64,000 nucleotides of DNA from an uncultured Paraburkholderia sp. (GTDB taxonomy: Bacteria > Pseudomonadota > Gammaproteobacteria > Burkholderiales > Burkholderiaceae), in NCBI GenBank assembly GCA_940747215.1, contig CALNWS010000019.1, positions 476-64,475 on the forward strand, read 5' to 3'. Below the pieces are notes generated by a model. The model saw only the letters and a list, made by a program, of their open reading frames with translations, was not told where the DNA came from and made no database searches. How positions within the stretch are numbered: the stretch's first letter is position 1; every line of letters starts with the position of its first letter. The position numbers were made by a program, and so were the translations under genes. Shown piece after piece: positions 1-10,289 of the stretch.

Positions 1-681
1 GACCGTTCGCGAGCAGCGGCGGCAACTGCGGCGCCGAGCGTGTCGGTGATGCCCATCATGCGGTGGTTGCCACGGTCCCACATGTCCTGGCGCAACTGGC
101 CATCTTCGCTGAAAAGCGTATTGACGAGCCGGTGCGAACCCGTTTCCGTCGACAGAATGTATTCGCAACCCTGCGACAGCAGATGCGAGATAGCCGCGTC
201 GAGGCTGGGCGCTTCTGCGTCGCCATCGGGCTGCGCGATCGCGAGCAGCGTGGCCGAGTCGGCGACCAGCAACGTGGTTTGCGGCGCGAGCAGGTCGGCG
301 ATCCGCTTCGCGCAGTTCGTCGGCGGCGAGTACGTGTTCGTCGTCGAGCGTGAAGTCGGGCGCGAGGATGAGCGGGATGTCGTCGTAATCCGCGACCACT
401 TCGGCAATCGCGCTCACGACTTCCGCGCGCGTGCACGCGCCCACCTTGAACGCGGCGATGGGCATATCTTCGAGCAGCATGCGCGCCTGCGTGGCCACCA
501 TTTCGGGATCGAGTCCGTTGACTTAGTCGCAGGTGGCCGAGTCACGCACCGTGTAGCCGGTCAACACGGAAACGCCGTGACCCATGCTCGCAAGGGTCAT
601 CAGGTCGGCTTGCAGGCCGGAACCGCTGGTGGGATCGGAAAGGCCGAAGGTAAGGACGATCGGGGACGTGTCGCTGGGCAT
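1..681 (-). pseudogene. ThiD/PfkB-like hydroxymethylpyrimidine/phosphomethylpyrimidine kinase family gene, disrupted; its 3' end runs off the window
   Basis: The minus-strand ATG (681-679) gives MPSDTSPIVLTFGLSDPTSGSGLQADLMTLASMGHGVSVLTGYTVRDSATCD, then an in-frame TAA (complement of 523-525). The same frame continues VNGLDPEMVATQARMLLEDMPIAAFKVGA...DDEHVLAADELREA. The protein-like continuation (IADLLAPQTTLLVADSATLLAIAQPDGDAEAPSLDAAISHLLSQGCEYILSTETGSHRLVNTLF...) is only recovered in another frame, after an extra G near 303. Confidence 0.7.
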
Positions 682-1011
682 GAAAATTGTCGAAAAAGTG
701 CGTTATCTGGCGCAGTGAGTACGCAATCGGCTCAATTATGCGTCTTAAACCGCAAGCAGGGCGTTTTTTCGCGTTCGCATGCGAAGGGCCGGCGGCGGTG
801 CTGGCCGCGCGGTGTCACGGTCATGTGACAGGAATCGGATACGCTCGTCCGAACGCGCAGGCAATTGCACGCCCGAGCAATGCCGGGCAAGCTGGACGAT
901 GCCGGGCCAGCCCGATGCCCGCCGTGCGCCTTTCTGATTGCTAGGCATTGGGGCGGCAACACGGTACCATCATGGCTCCCGTTTCCACGGACACTACGAC
1001 GCGACACAAGA

Positions 1012-1182
1012 ATGGAATATCAAAGCTGGATGTGCCTCATTTGCGGCTGGATTTACGACGAAGAAACCGGTTTGCCGGACGAAGGCATTGCACCGGGCAC
1101 GCGCTGGGAAGACGTTCCCATTAATTGGGCGTGTCCCGAGTGCGGTGCGCGTAAAGAAGACTTCGAGATGGTTCAGATCTGA
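1012..1182 (+). CDS. Rubredoxin (56 aa), intact
   Basis: MEYQSWMCLICGWIYDEETGLPDEGIAPGTRWEDVPINWACPECGARKEDFEMVQI carries the two CxxCG iron-binding knuckles typical of rubredoxin. Confidence 0.93.
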   Translation: MEYQSWMCLICGWIYDEETGLPDEGIAPGTRWEDVPINWACPECGARKEDFEMVQI

Positions 1183-1438
1183 AGTCGGAACGGGCGGCGC
1201 GGCGCCGCTGCGCATAGCTGCTGGCACAGGGCGCGGCGCACCGCCCGAAGCGCCGGCAGCTGGCGCACTGGGCGCATGAGCACCGCCAGAAACGCTGCCC
1301 CCAACACATTGCGGCGGAACATCCTCGATTTCGCCGTGTCGCAAAGGTAGTCTGTTCTTGTACTGTCGCCGGTTCGCGTTAGCCGAGTAGTCTTCATGTG
1401 GCGCGAGGCGACGGCCCGTCGTCACCTGTCGCCCGCAC

Positions 1439-2788
1439 ATGAACCTTCTACCTTCCGCCCCCGATCCCTTCGATGCCTTGCCCAATGCGCGCGGCGGCGC
1501 TGTGCGTCCTGCGGAACTCGCATTAGCCGAAGCGCTGCTGGCGTTCGAGCAGCGTGGCGAGAGCTCCGCTGCGCTGCTGCGCGCGTCGCACGCGCTGCGT
1601 GCCACCGGCTGGCTGAGCGCGCAGCGTTTCGCCGACGCGCTCGTCCGTCTGTCGCCGCTTGCCTCGGGCGATCCGGCGAACGCAGGCACGGCACGGCCGG
1701 TATTCGGTGCTGCGTTGTGTGATTTCCGCGCGGCGCTCGAACGGCACAATCTGCGCGAACTGTCCTGTTCGCCCATCCTCTTCGACCACTACCGCGCGGT
1801 GTGCACGCATCTGTCGGAGCACACGCCGGGCAATACGGTCGCATTCGAAGATCTCGCGCTGGCGGCGCGTCCCGTGCCGCCGGGTGTCCGCCGGCGCGCA
1901 GCGCCGATCAGTAGGCTCATTTGCGGGCGCGTACGAGCGCGCGCTGCTGCCGGCGCTGCGCTCGCAGCCCGATAGCGGCAGCGCAGCCGTGCGCGCGGCA
2001 ACCAATGCGGCGCTCGACGAACTCGACGCTGTCCTTGCCGACCTCGCCGGTCCCGATCCGTACGACTTCTGGCGTCTCGCGAAAGCGTGCGCGAAGGCGC
2101 TGCGCGTGAGCGGACGCGCAATGGGCGGCGTCGACGGCCGGCGTTTCTATGCGCGCTGCAATCTGGCGCTCGGCGACCACACGCGCGGCATCCAGCTCGC
2201 GCCGCGCCCGCTCGTGCGCGCCACGCTGGCACTGCTGTGGCACGATTACGCGCTGTTCGGCGTCGCAGCGGAAGACGCCAATCAGGTCGACGTGCTGCGC
2301 GACTACGGCCTGACGGTCGACTGGCACGTGGCGGGCACGCAGGCGTCGGAAGTGCTGTGGGAGGCGGGCACACCGCTCAGGCGCAGTCGGTCAGCGCGAC
2401 GCATAGCTCGCTCACGCGCGAATTGGGCGTGTTGGCGGTCAACGCGCACGCATACGAAGACTTTCTGCAAACTGCCGATGCGTCGATCGCCGCGCTCACC
2501 GGCACGCACGTGCCGCGGATCAGCCGGAAAAGGCCGATCCGGGCGAGGCGCTGCAGGCCGGCGACGCTGCCTATCATCTCGGCGCGGCAGCCTGCGCGCT
2601 CGGCCTCGGCCACGTCGCGCTGCTCGCGGATGCGCTGGGTCTCGCGTGGCGTCGCCGAGCGCACGCTGGAGCAGTCCGCCGAAGCGTTGCGGGCGACGTT
2701 GCACAAAGTTGCGGCCGGCGTCGCGCAGCCCGTGAGCAGCGACGTTCTGGCCTCACTCACGCGCGCCATCGAACAGGGCGGCGCCTGA
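1439..2788 (+). pseudogene. Conserved hypothetical gene with an Hpt-like segment, heavily frameshifted
   Basis: Protein-like sequence hops between all three + frames. Frame a: 1439 to about 1900 (MNLLPSAPDPFDALPNARGG...). Frame b: about 1900-2370 (YERALLPALRSQPDSGSAAVRAATNAALDELDAVLADLAGPDPYDFWRLAKA...). Frame c: from about 2375 (AQSVSATHSSLTRELGVLAVNAHAYEDFLQTADASIAAL). A further excursion at about 2515-2645 reads EKADPGEALQAGDAAYHLGAAACALGLGHVALLADALGL (Hpt-like). It then returns to the C-terminus ...LEQSAEALRATLHKVAAGVAQPVSSDVLASLTRAIEQGGA. At least 4-5 frame changes. Confidence 0.6.
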
Positions 2789-3137
2789 GCGCGCTGCACA
2801 CGTCTGTCTGATGTATCCGCCGAAAGGGTCCTATGCATGAGTCCGCCAGATGCCCGCCGCATATATCCCCGATGCATTTGACCGCCATTTCCACCGCGCT
2901 GCCCGCAAGCACGGGCGCGTTGAAAATTGAAGGCAACGAGCGCACCGGGCGAGGCGCGCCGCGTGCGCCTCGTGGCCCCGAACGCTGCACCCTAGGCAGG
3001 GCGCGCGTGCGTGATAGAGTGCAACCTGATCCGCCGTCGGTGGCACGCGACACGCATCGGGGAACGCCCTGCAGAACACGTCGCGCTCCCACGCTCGAAG
3101 CCCGCCATCCTGCATCGTCTTTGCTAAAATCCGAACT

Positions 3138-3713
3138 ATGTCCAAGAGTACCGATCGCATTAATCTGACCAACCAGTTCCTGATCGCCATGCCGAACATG
3201 GCCGATCCGACGTTTTCGGGAACGGTGGTTTACCTTTGCGATCACAGCGAGCGCGGTGCGCTCGGCCTCGTCATCAACCGGCCGACCGATATCGATCTGG
3301 AAGCGCTCTTCAGTCGCATCGACCTCACGCTCGAGATCGAACCCCTTCTCCACGTTCCCGTTTATTTCGGCGGTCCGGTGCAAACCGAGTGCGGCTTCGT
3401 GCTGCACGATCCGAAAGGCGGCGGCTACACGTCTTCCATGTCGGTGCCGGGCGGCCTCGAAATGACCACGTCGAAAGACGTGCTCGAAGCGGTGGCCAGC
3501 GGCAACGGTCCCGAACGTTTCCTGCTCACGCTTGGCCATGCCGGCTGGGGCGCGGGTCAGCTCGAAGAGGAAATCTCGAAGAACGGCTGGCTCACGGTGG
3601 AAGCCGACCCGAAAATCGTCTTCGACGTGCCCGCCGAGGAACGCCTCGAGGCAGCGCTCGCACTGCTTGGCATCAATCTCTCGATGCTGTCGGGCGAGGC
3701 GGGCCACGCATGA
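3138..3713 (+). CDS. yqgE: YqgE/AlgH family protein (UPF0301), intact
   Basis: 191-aa ORF: [49 protein letters not shown]...[17 protein letters not shown], the characteristic family signature. Its stop overlaps the ruvX start (ATGA). Confidence 0.9.
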   Translation: MSKSTDRINLTNQFLIAMPNMADPTFSGTVVYLCDHSERGALGLVINRPTDIDLEALFSRIDLTLEIEPLLHVPVYFGGPVQTECGFVLHDPKGGGYTSSMSVPGGLEMTTSKDVLEAVASGNGPERFLLTLGHAGWGAGQLEEEISKNGWLTVEADPKIVFDVPAEERLEAALALLGINLSMLSGEAGHA

Positions 3714-4150
3714 ATCTCGCGGCCGGACGTGAGGCGACGCTGCTTACGTTCGACTACGGAGAAAAACGCATCGGCGTGGCGGTCGGCAATTCGCTCACGC
3801 GCAGCGCGCGGCCGCTCGTCATCGTGCAGAACCGCAGTCGCGAATATCGCTTCGAGGCGGTCGGCAAGCTGATCGCCGAGTGGAAGCCGAATGCGTTGAT
3901 CGTCGGCTTGCCCATGCATCCCGATGGCACGCCGCACGAAATGACCCAGCTTGCGAAACGCTTCGGCAATCAGCTGAATGGCCGCTTCAATCTGCCCGTT
4001 ACGTGGATCGACGAACGCTATTCGTCGGTCGAGGCGAAAGCGGAAATCCGCGCCGGCAACGGCCGCGCCGACATGCTCGACGCCGAAGCCGCCAGCATAA
4101 TCCTCCAGCAATATCTAGACGGACTTTCCGACGATCATGAGCTCCATTGA
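3710..4150 (+). CDS. ruvX: Putative pre-16S rRNA nuclease / Holliday junction resolvase-like YqgF (RuvX), intact
   Basis: [39 protein letters not shown]...[15 protein letters not shown]...[14 protein letters not shown]. Canonical yqgE-yqgF pairing. Confidence 0.9.
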   Translation: MNLAAGREATLLTFDYGEKRIGVAVGNSLTRSARPLVIVQNRSREYRFEAVGKLIAEWKPNALIVGLPMHPDGTPHEMTQLAKRFGNQLNGRFNLPVTWIDERYSSVEAKAEIRAGNGRADMLDAEAASIILQQYLDGLSDDHELH

Positions 4151-4692
4151 CGCCGAAGCGCTTTATCGCGCGTTGCTCGACCAGATTCGCGCGGTGTACG
4201 GCGACCAGCTCGGTGCCGGGCCGAACGGTGCCGAAGGCGCGGTGCTCGCCGGCATTTACAGCAGCGGCGCGTGGCTCGCCGAGCGGTCTCGCCCATGACC
4301 TGAACCTGCCGAGCTTCGGTGTGGTGAACGTGGCGCTGCATCGCGACGACTACGCGAAAAAAGGCCTGCATTCGCAGGCGAGCTCGACCTCGCTGCCGTT
4401 TTCCGTGGACAAGCGCCGCATCGTGCTGGTGGACGACGTGCTGTACACCGGCCGCACGATCCGCGCGGCGCTGAACGAACTGTAAGACTATGGCCGGCCG
4501 GCTTCGGTCGAACTCGCCGTGCTCGCCGATCGCGGCGGCCGCGAGTTGCCGGTGGCGGCGCGCTTCGTAGGCGGTGTGGTAGAGGTTCCCGCCGATTCAA
4601 CGCTTGTGCTTGCCCGCCAGGACGACAGCGCGCAAGGCGACGCAAAAGGCGCCCCGCGTTTCACCTTTCATACCGGGGCACGCGTCGATTGA
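4137..4692 (+). pseudogene. pyrR: pyrR (bifunctional pyrimidine operon regulator / uracil phosphoribosyltransferase), disrupted
   Basis: [22 protein letters not shown]...GIYSSGAWLAER loses its frame at an extra T near 4287. The continuation LAHDLNLPSFGVVNVALHRDDYAKKGL...VLVDDVLYTGRTIRAALNEL lies in the next frame. An in-frame TAA at 4483-4485 follows, where homologs have Tyr (NEL*DYGRPASVELAVLADRGGRELP...). Confidence 0.85.
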
Positions 4693-4851
4693 AGACGCGC
4701 TCCGGTCTGCACGATCGTGAGCCGTCAGCATCGGGTCGCGCCGCGCGTGCAACTGCGTACGAGCCGCCGCGATCCGCAATACCGAAGTCCGTCACACGCA
4801 GTGCGCATCGACACCGATTACGTTGAAGCCCGTTTCTGAAGCAGGTAAATC

Positions 4852-5876
4852 ATGAACACCGCCACCCAGCAGGCCCCTAGGATTCCGCCGACAGCGCCAC
4901 CGAGCGCTTCCGTTATGGCTTCCTAAAGGGCAACCCGCAGTTCACGAAGAATGGCGAGCTCAAACATCTGTTGTCGATCGAAGGGTTGCCTAAGTCGATC
5001 GTCAATCACATTATCGATACCGCTGAGCAGTTCGTCAGCGTGATCGATCGTGAAGTGAAGAAGGTGTCGCTGCTGCGCGGCAAGTCGGTGTTCAACCTCT
5101 TCTTCGAGAACTCCACGCGTACGCGCACCACGTTCGAAATCGCGGCGACGCGTCTGTCGGCGGACGTGCTGAACCTGAACATCAACGCTTCTTCCACGAG
5201 CAAGGGCGAGTCGCTGCTCGACACGATCAATAATCTGTCGGCGATGCACGCGGACCTTTTCGTCGTGCGCCATGCGTCGAGCGGCGCGCCGTATCTGATC
5301 GCCCAGTATTGTGCGCCGCACGTGCACGTGATCAATGCGGGCGACGGGCGTCACGCGCACCCCACGCAGGGGCTGCTCGACGTGTACACGATCCGCCACT
5401 ACAAGAAAGATTTCACGAATCTGCGCGTGGCGATCGTCGGCGACATTCTGCATTCGCGCGTCGCACGTTCCGACATTCACGCGCTCACCACGCTCGGCGT
5501 GCCGGAAGTGCGCACGGTCGGTCCGCGCACGCTTGCTGCTAGGCGGTTTCGAACAGATGGGCGTGCGCGTGCACAATCTCGACGAAGGCCTGAAGGACGT
5601 CGACGTGATCATCAGCTGCGTCTGCAGAACGAGTGGATGAGCGGCGCATTGCTGCCTTCGGTGCAGAAATACTTCAAGAGCTGGGGTTTGACGCCAGAGC
5701 GGCTCGCGCTCGCGAAACCCGACGCGATCGTGATGCACCCCGGTCCGATGAATCGCGGTGTCGAAATCGACTCGCAGGTGGCCGACGGTCCGCAGTCGGT
5801 GATCCTGAATCAGGTGACGTTCGGCATCGCGGTGCGCATGGCGGTGATGGGCATCGGCGTCGGCAATCACGACTGA
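4852..5876 (+). pseudogene. pyrB: pyrB (aspartate carbamoyltransferase catalytic chain), disrupted
   Basis: The body frame reads ...[44 protein letters not shown]...[13 protein letters not shown]...HPTQGLLD.... The upstream ATG (4852) is in a different frame, and the body frame has a TAG at 4878-4880. Internally, a +1 shift near 5531-5535 and a -1 shift near 5614-5616 put about 28 codons out of frame. The correct peptide [27 protein letters not shown] is only seen in the neighbouring frame. The ORF stays open (301 aa) but is scrambled. Confidence 0.8.
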
Positions 5877-5992
5877 TCGCACCGAACACCAGACACATGG
5901 AACGAAGCCGCAGGATAGCACGCGGCACCCGGCAGAACACACTAGTTGAACACCGCGTTGACATAGCGGTTGACACTTACTTAAGGCAGCGT

Positions 5993-7262
5993 ATGAAGAT
6001 TCATATTCAAGGTGGCACGCTGATCGATCCGGCAGCGGGCACCAAACAGCAGCAGGACGTTTTTATCGCGGCGGGCAAGATCGTCGCCATCGGCGAGGCA
6101 CCGGCCGAGTTTCACATGGCGAAGACCATCGACGCGCGCGGCTTGTACGTCGCGCCCGGTCTCGTCGATCTTTCTGCACGTCTGCGCGAACCGGGCTACG
6201 AACATAAGGTCACGCTCGAATCGGAAATGGCGGCGGCGCTCGCGGGCGGCGTGACGAGCCTCGTGTGTCCGCCGGACACCGACCCGACGCTCGACGAACC
6301 CGGTCTCGTCGAAATGCTCAAGTTCCGCGCGCGCAATCTGAACCAGGCGCACGTGTATCCGATCGGCACGCTGACCGTCGGGCTGAAAGGGCAGATCATC
6401 ACCGAGATGGTCGAGTTGACCGAAGCCGGTTGTATCGGCTTCTCGCAGGCCGACGTGTCGGTGGTCGACACGCAGGTTCTGCTGCGCGCGTTGCAGTACG
6501 CGAAGACGTACGGCTTCACGGTGTAGCTCCGTCCTGTGGACGCCTATCTCGGCAAGGGCGGCAAGCGGCGCGCTGGCGTCGCGGCTCGGCTTGTCGGGCG
6601 TGCCGGTGTCGGCGGAAACCATCGCGTTGCACACCATTTTCGAACCTGGTGCGCGTGACGGGCGCCCGCGTGCACCTGTCGCACGTGTCGTCGGCGGCGG
6701 GCATCGCGCTGATGCGCGCGGCCAAGGCCGAGGGCTTGCCGGTGTCGTGCGACGTCACCGTCAATCACGTGCATCTGATCGATCTCGACATCGGCTATTT
6801 CGACGCGCAATTCCGCCTCGATCCGCCGCTGCGTCAACAGCGCGATCGCGAAGCGATCCTCGCAGGTCTCGTGGACAGCACGATCGACGCAATCTGCTCC
6901 GACCACACGTCCGTCGACGACGAAAAGCTGCTGCCATTCGCCGAAGCTACACCGGGCGCAACCGGCCTCGAGCTGTTCCTGTCGCTCACCGTGAAATGGG
7001 CCGACGAAGCCGGCGTGCCGTTCGCCAAGGCGCTGAACCGCATCACCGCGTCGCCGGCCGAAGTGCTCGAGCTGGAAGCGGCGGGGCGCGTCGCCGTGGG
7101 CGGCGTGGCCGACCTGTGCGTGTTCGACCGCAACACGCACTGGCGCGTCGAGCCGCGTGCGCTGAAGAGCCAGGGCACAACACGCCGTTCCTCGGCTACG
7201 AATTGCTGGCACGCGTGCGGGTGACCATTGTGTCCGGTCACGTCGCGTTTGAGCAGCGCTGA
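5993..7262 (+). pseudogene. pyrC: Dihydroorotase-like gene (pyrC'/pyrX-type partner of pyrB), disrupted
   Basis: MKIHIQGGTLIDPAAGTKQQQDVFIAAGKIVAIG...ALQYAKTYGFTV is followed by an in-frame TAG at 6524-6526 (a Trp position; V*LRP). Frame changes follow near 6560, near 6645 (ttcgaaCctggtg) and near 7178. The pieces ASGALASRLGLSGVPVSAETIALHTIFE, VRVTGARVHLSHVSSAAGIALMRAAKAEGLPVSCDVTVNH... and HTPFLGYELLARVRVTIVSGHVAFEQR lie in three frames. Confidence 0.8.
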
Positions 7263-7301
7263 TCGTCGCGCGGCATTGGCTAGTTACGGAAAGCTCCAAC
7301 C

Positions 7302-8008
7302 ATGAAGCTCGCGTTACGCAAGGCTCGTCTCGTACTTCATCTGCTGCACGGCATGTGGATCGTTGCCATGCGCTTCCCGAAGGCAGGCGCGGACGTTCGT
7401 CGCACGCTCAACCGCGAATGGTCGCTGAAAATGCTGCGCCTGTGCGGCATGCGTCTTGTCGTACACAATGACAGCGCGCGGCTCGATCGCGGCACACTCA
7501 CACTGGTAGTCGCCAATCACATCTCGTGGATCGACATCTACGTGATCAACACGTGGCGGCCTACGCCGTTCGTCTCAAAGGCGGAGATCCGCCAGTGGCC
7601 GATCGTCGGCTGGCAGGCACGACGTCGAACGGACTCGCCGTGCTGCCGTTTCGCGCGAACATGTTCCAGGCGGCGGTGTCGGCATCCGTGCCGGTGCAGC
7701 CGCTTTACATCATGTACGAAGACGCGCAGGGCCGGCAGTCCACGGCGCCTGCCTATATCGACGATCTCTCGCTCGCCGATTCGCTGAACCTGCTGCTGGG
7801 CAGCGGTCCGTTGACGGCGCACGTGTATGTCGGCGCGCCGCTTGCGCCGGGCGCGGACCGGCGCACGCTGGCGGCAGAAGCGGAAGGGGTAATTGCCGCC
7901 GCGTTGCGCAAGATGCAGGTCGGCGCGGCGCGTGCTGGCACGGTATTCGTGGAGCGGCCGGAGACGCTATCGGCGCCCGGCGCAATGGTGGAGCCGCCGG
8001 TGGATTAA
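7302..8008 (+). pseudogene. 1-acyl-sn-glycerol-3-phosphate acyltransferase-like (PlsC family) gene with an out-of-frame internal deletion
   Basis: The N-terminal part (…LVVANHISWIDIYVINTWRPTPFVSKAEIRQWPIVGW) carries the HxxxxD-type block. Near 7613-7620 the sequence jumps directly, in another frame, to GTTSNGLAVLPFRANMFQAAVSASVPVQPLYIMYED.... The roughly 40 aa normally lying between the FVxK...P.xG block and the (P)EGTTS block appear to be missing. Confidence 0.65.
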
Positions 8009-8082
8009 CCGCCGGGGCATTCGGCGTAGTTCGCTCGTCGCCTCAAGGAGCGTGAGCCACGCTTTCCTGAAATAACCGCGCG

Positions 8083-8964
8083 CTAGTTGCCGCCGCTAGG
8101 CGCGCGACACGATTCGCAATCCACCTGCGTGAGCGTGCGTTCCGCCGGATCCTGCGTGAGACGCACGGCCGACAGTTTTTCTCCCCACACACAACCCGAG
8201 TCGAGCCCGATCAGGTTGTCGCGCAAGGTCAGACCCAGCGCGGCCCAGTGGCCGAACACCACGGTGACGTCCGCCGTTTTGCGCGACGGCACGTCGAACC
8301 ATGGCATGCAGCCGGCAGGCGCGGTATTCAGGCCGCCGCTGCTCGTGAAATCCATCGTGCCTTCGGCATCGCAAAAGCGCACGCGCGTGAGCGCGCTGCA
8401 CGTGAGACGCAGGCGGTTGATGCCCTTGAGGTTCGGCGTCCAGCGATTCGGCTTGTTGCCATAAAGACCCGCGAGTGTTTCCTTCCAGTCTGGCGCGCGC
8501 AATGCCTTCTGCAGTTCTTCCGCGAGTTCCATCGTCAACGCCGCGTCCCACTGCGGCAGCACGCCCGCGTGCACCATCAGCATGCCGTTCTCGAAATGCG
8601 TGAGCGGCCGGTGACGCACCCAGTCGAGCAGATCGTCCGCGTCGGGCGCGGCGAGAATTTCGTCGATCGTGTCGCCTCTCTTCGATTTGCGAATGCCCGC
8701 CGACACCGACAGCAGATGCAGATCGTGATTGCCCAGCACCGGCACCGCGAGATCGCCGAGCGCGATGATGTCGCGCAGCGTGGCAAGCGACTCGGAGCCA
8801 CGGTTGATCAGATCGCCCGCGAACCACAACGGCGTGCTCGCCAGCGGCGCGGCCTTGGCCAGCAGTTGCTGGAACGGCTTGCGGCAGCCTTGCAGATCGC
8901 CGAAGGCAAGCGGTGCCGGGCGCGGATGGGAAAGGTTGGAAGGCGTGGCGGCGGGTGTCATCAA
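8083..8964 (-). CDS. apaH: Bis(5'-nucleosyl)-tetraphosphatase, symmetrical (ApaH), intact
   Basis: 293-aa ORF with the metallophosphatase motifs FGDLQGC, GDLINRG, GNHDLHLL, VHAG and GHWA. Confidence 0.92.
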   Translation of the reverse strand: MMTPAATPSNLSHPRPAPLAFGDLQGCRKPFQQLLAKAAPLASTPLWFAGDLINRGSESLATLRDIIALGDLAVPVLGNHDLHLLSVSAGIRKSKRGDTIDEILAAPDADDLLDWVRHRPLTHFENGMLMVHAGVLPQWDAALTMELAEELQKALRAPDWKETLAGLYGNKPNRWTPNLKGINRLRLTCSALTRVRFCDAEGTMDFTSSGGLNTAPAGCMPWFDVPSRKTADVTVVFGHWAALGLTLRDNLIGLDSGCVWGEKLSAVRLTQDPAERTLTQVDCESCRAPSGGN

Positions 8965-9163
8965 GGAAGTGAGGGCAGTTTGATACAGGTGTTACGTATA
9001 TTGCGTGCCGCGTTCGGCAGTGCAACATGTTAGCGTGGCATAATAGCTTATTTGAAGTGCAGTGATCGCGTCGAGTGGCTTCGGGGGCTACCGGCACGCG
9101 CTACAGGCAATGCGTTCCGCGATATTGCAATACAACAGGATGGCTCTGGTGAACGGAGAAAGC

Positions 9164-10080
9164 ATGTCGTCTTTTGCCCATGCGCAACAAACAGTCCGTG
9201 CGCTCGTTACCGGTGCGAGCGGTTTCACGGGCCGTTATCTGGTCGAAAAGCTGCTCGGTCGCGGTCATACCGTGAGCGAAACTTTTGCCGGCCGCGAAGA
9301 GGCCGAAACGCCGACGCGCGTGCGCCTCGACATCACGTCGCCGGACGCATGCCGGCGCGTGATCGACGCCACGTGGCCCGATTACATCGTGCATCTGGCT
9401 GCAATCAGCTTCGTGGGTCATAGCGATCCGCTCGACTTCTATCGCGTGAACGTTATGGGCACGCTGAATCTGCTCGAAGCGTGCGGCGCCGTCGGCCATA
9501 CGCCGCGCAAGCTGCTGATCGCGAGCAGCGCGAACGTCTACGGCAACGTGACGAGCGACGCCATCGACGAAACCTTCCCGGTCACACCCGTCAATCACTA
9601 CGCGGCGAGCAAGGCGGCCATGGAAACCATGGTGCGCACGTGGTTCGACCGTCTGCCGATCCTGATCGTGCGGCCGTTTAACTACACGGGCCGTGGCTAA
9701 GTGCCGAACTTCCTCGTGCCGAAGATCGGCGAGCATTTCGCACGCCGCGAGTCGTCCATTGAACTGGGCAACATCGACGTCGCGCGCGATTTCTCCGACG
9801 TGCGCTACGTGGCGAACGCCTACGAAGCGCTGCTCGATTTCGACGTCGCGGCGGAAACTGTTAACGTATGCACAGGCAAGCCGTACACGCTGCGCGAAAT
9901 TCTCTCGGCCGCAAGCGAGCTGACCGGCCACGAACTGAAAATCCAGATCAACCCAGCGTTCGTGCGTAAAACCGACGTGAAGATGCTCGCCGGTTCGCCC
10001 GCCAAGTTGCGCTCGCTCGTGCCGCAGATCGAGTCCATTCCGCGTTCATGGACACGTTGCACTGGATGCTTGCGGCCTGA
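9164..10080 (+). pseudogene. NAD-dependent sugar-nucleotide epimerase/reductase (Rmd / GDP-6-deoxyhexose reductase-like SDR), disrupted
   Basis: RBS GGAGAA then the ATG at 9164. VRALVTGASGFTGRYL (Rossmann fold) ... NHYAASKAAME (YxxxK) ... PFNYTGRG, then an in-frame TAA at 9698-9700. The same frame continues VPNFLVPKIGEHFARRESSIELGNIDVARDFSDVRYV.... A 2-nt CG duplication near 10041-10044 shifts the last about 12 codons (expected ...IPFMDTLHWMLAA*, stop at 10078-10080). Confidence 0.7.
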
Positions 10081-10289
10081 CGGGCCGCTTCCGAGTCGGC
10101 GTCTCACGTCTACACGTCTGCACCGGCATCGCGGCGCAGCCTTCCCATTCCGCTGACGAAACTGGCCCGCGACTCGCACAGAGCCTCAATTTGCGCTCGT
10201 AAAACGGCTTGATGCAGAGCCTGTGAGCGCGCGCTCGATGTACTTTCTCGCGCCAATGGAAACCAAACTTGTCAAGCTGTTTCAAGTTG

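Noticed and set aside
40-828. A 262-aa plus-strand ORF at the window start, and an overlapping 260-aa minus-strand ORF at 994-1776.
   Set aside because: These are shadow ORFs opposite or overlapping the thiD-like pseudogene, rubredoxin and the Hpt-like pseudogene. Their composition is Arg/Ala-rich with no motifs.
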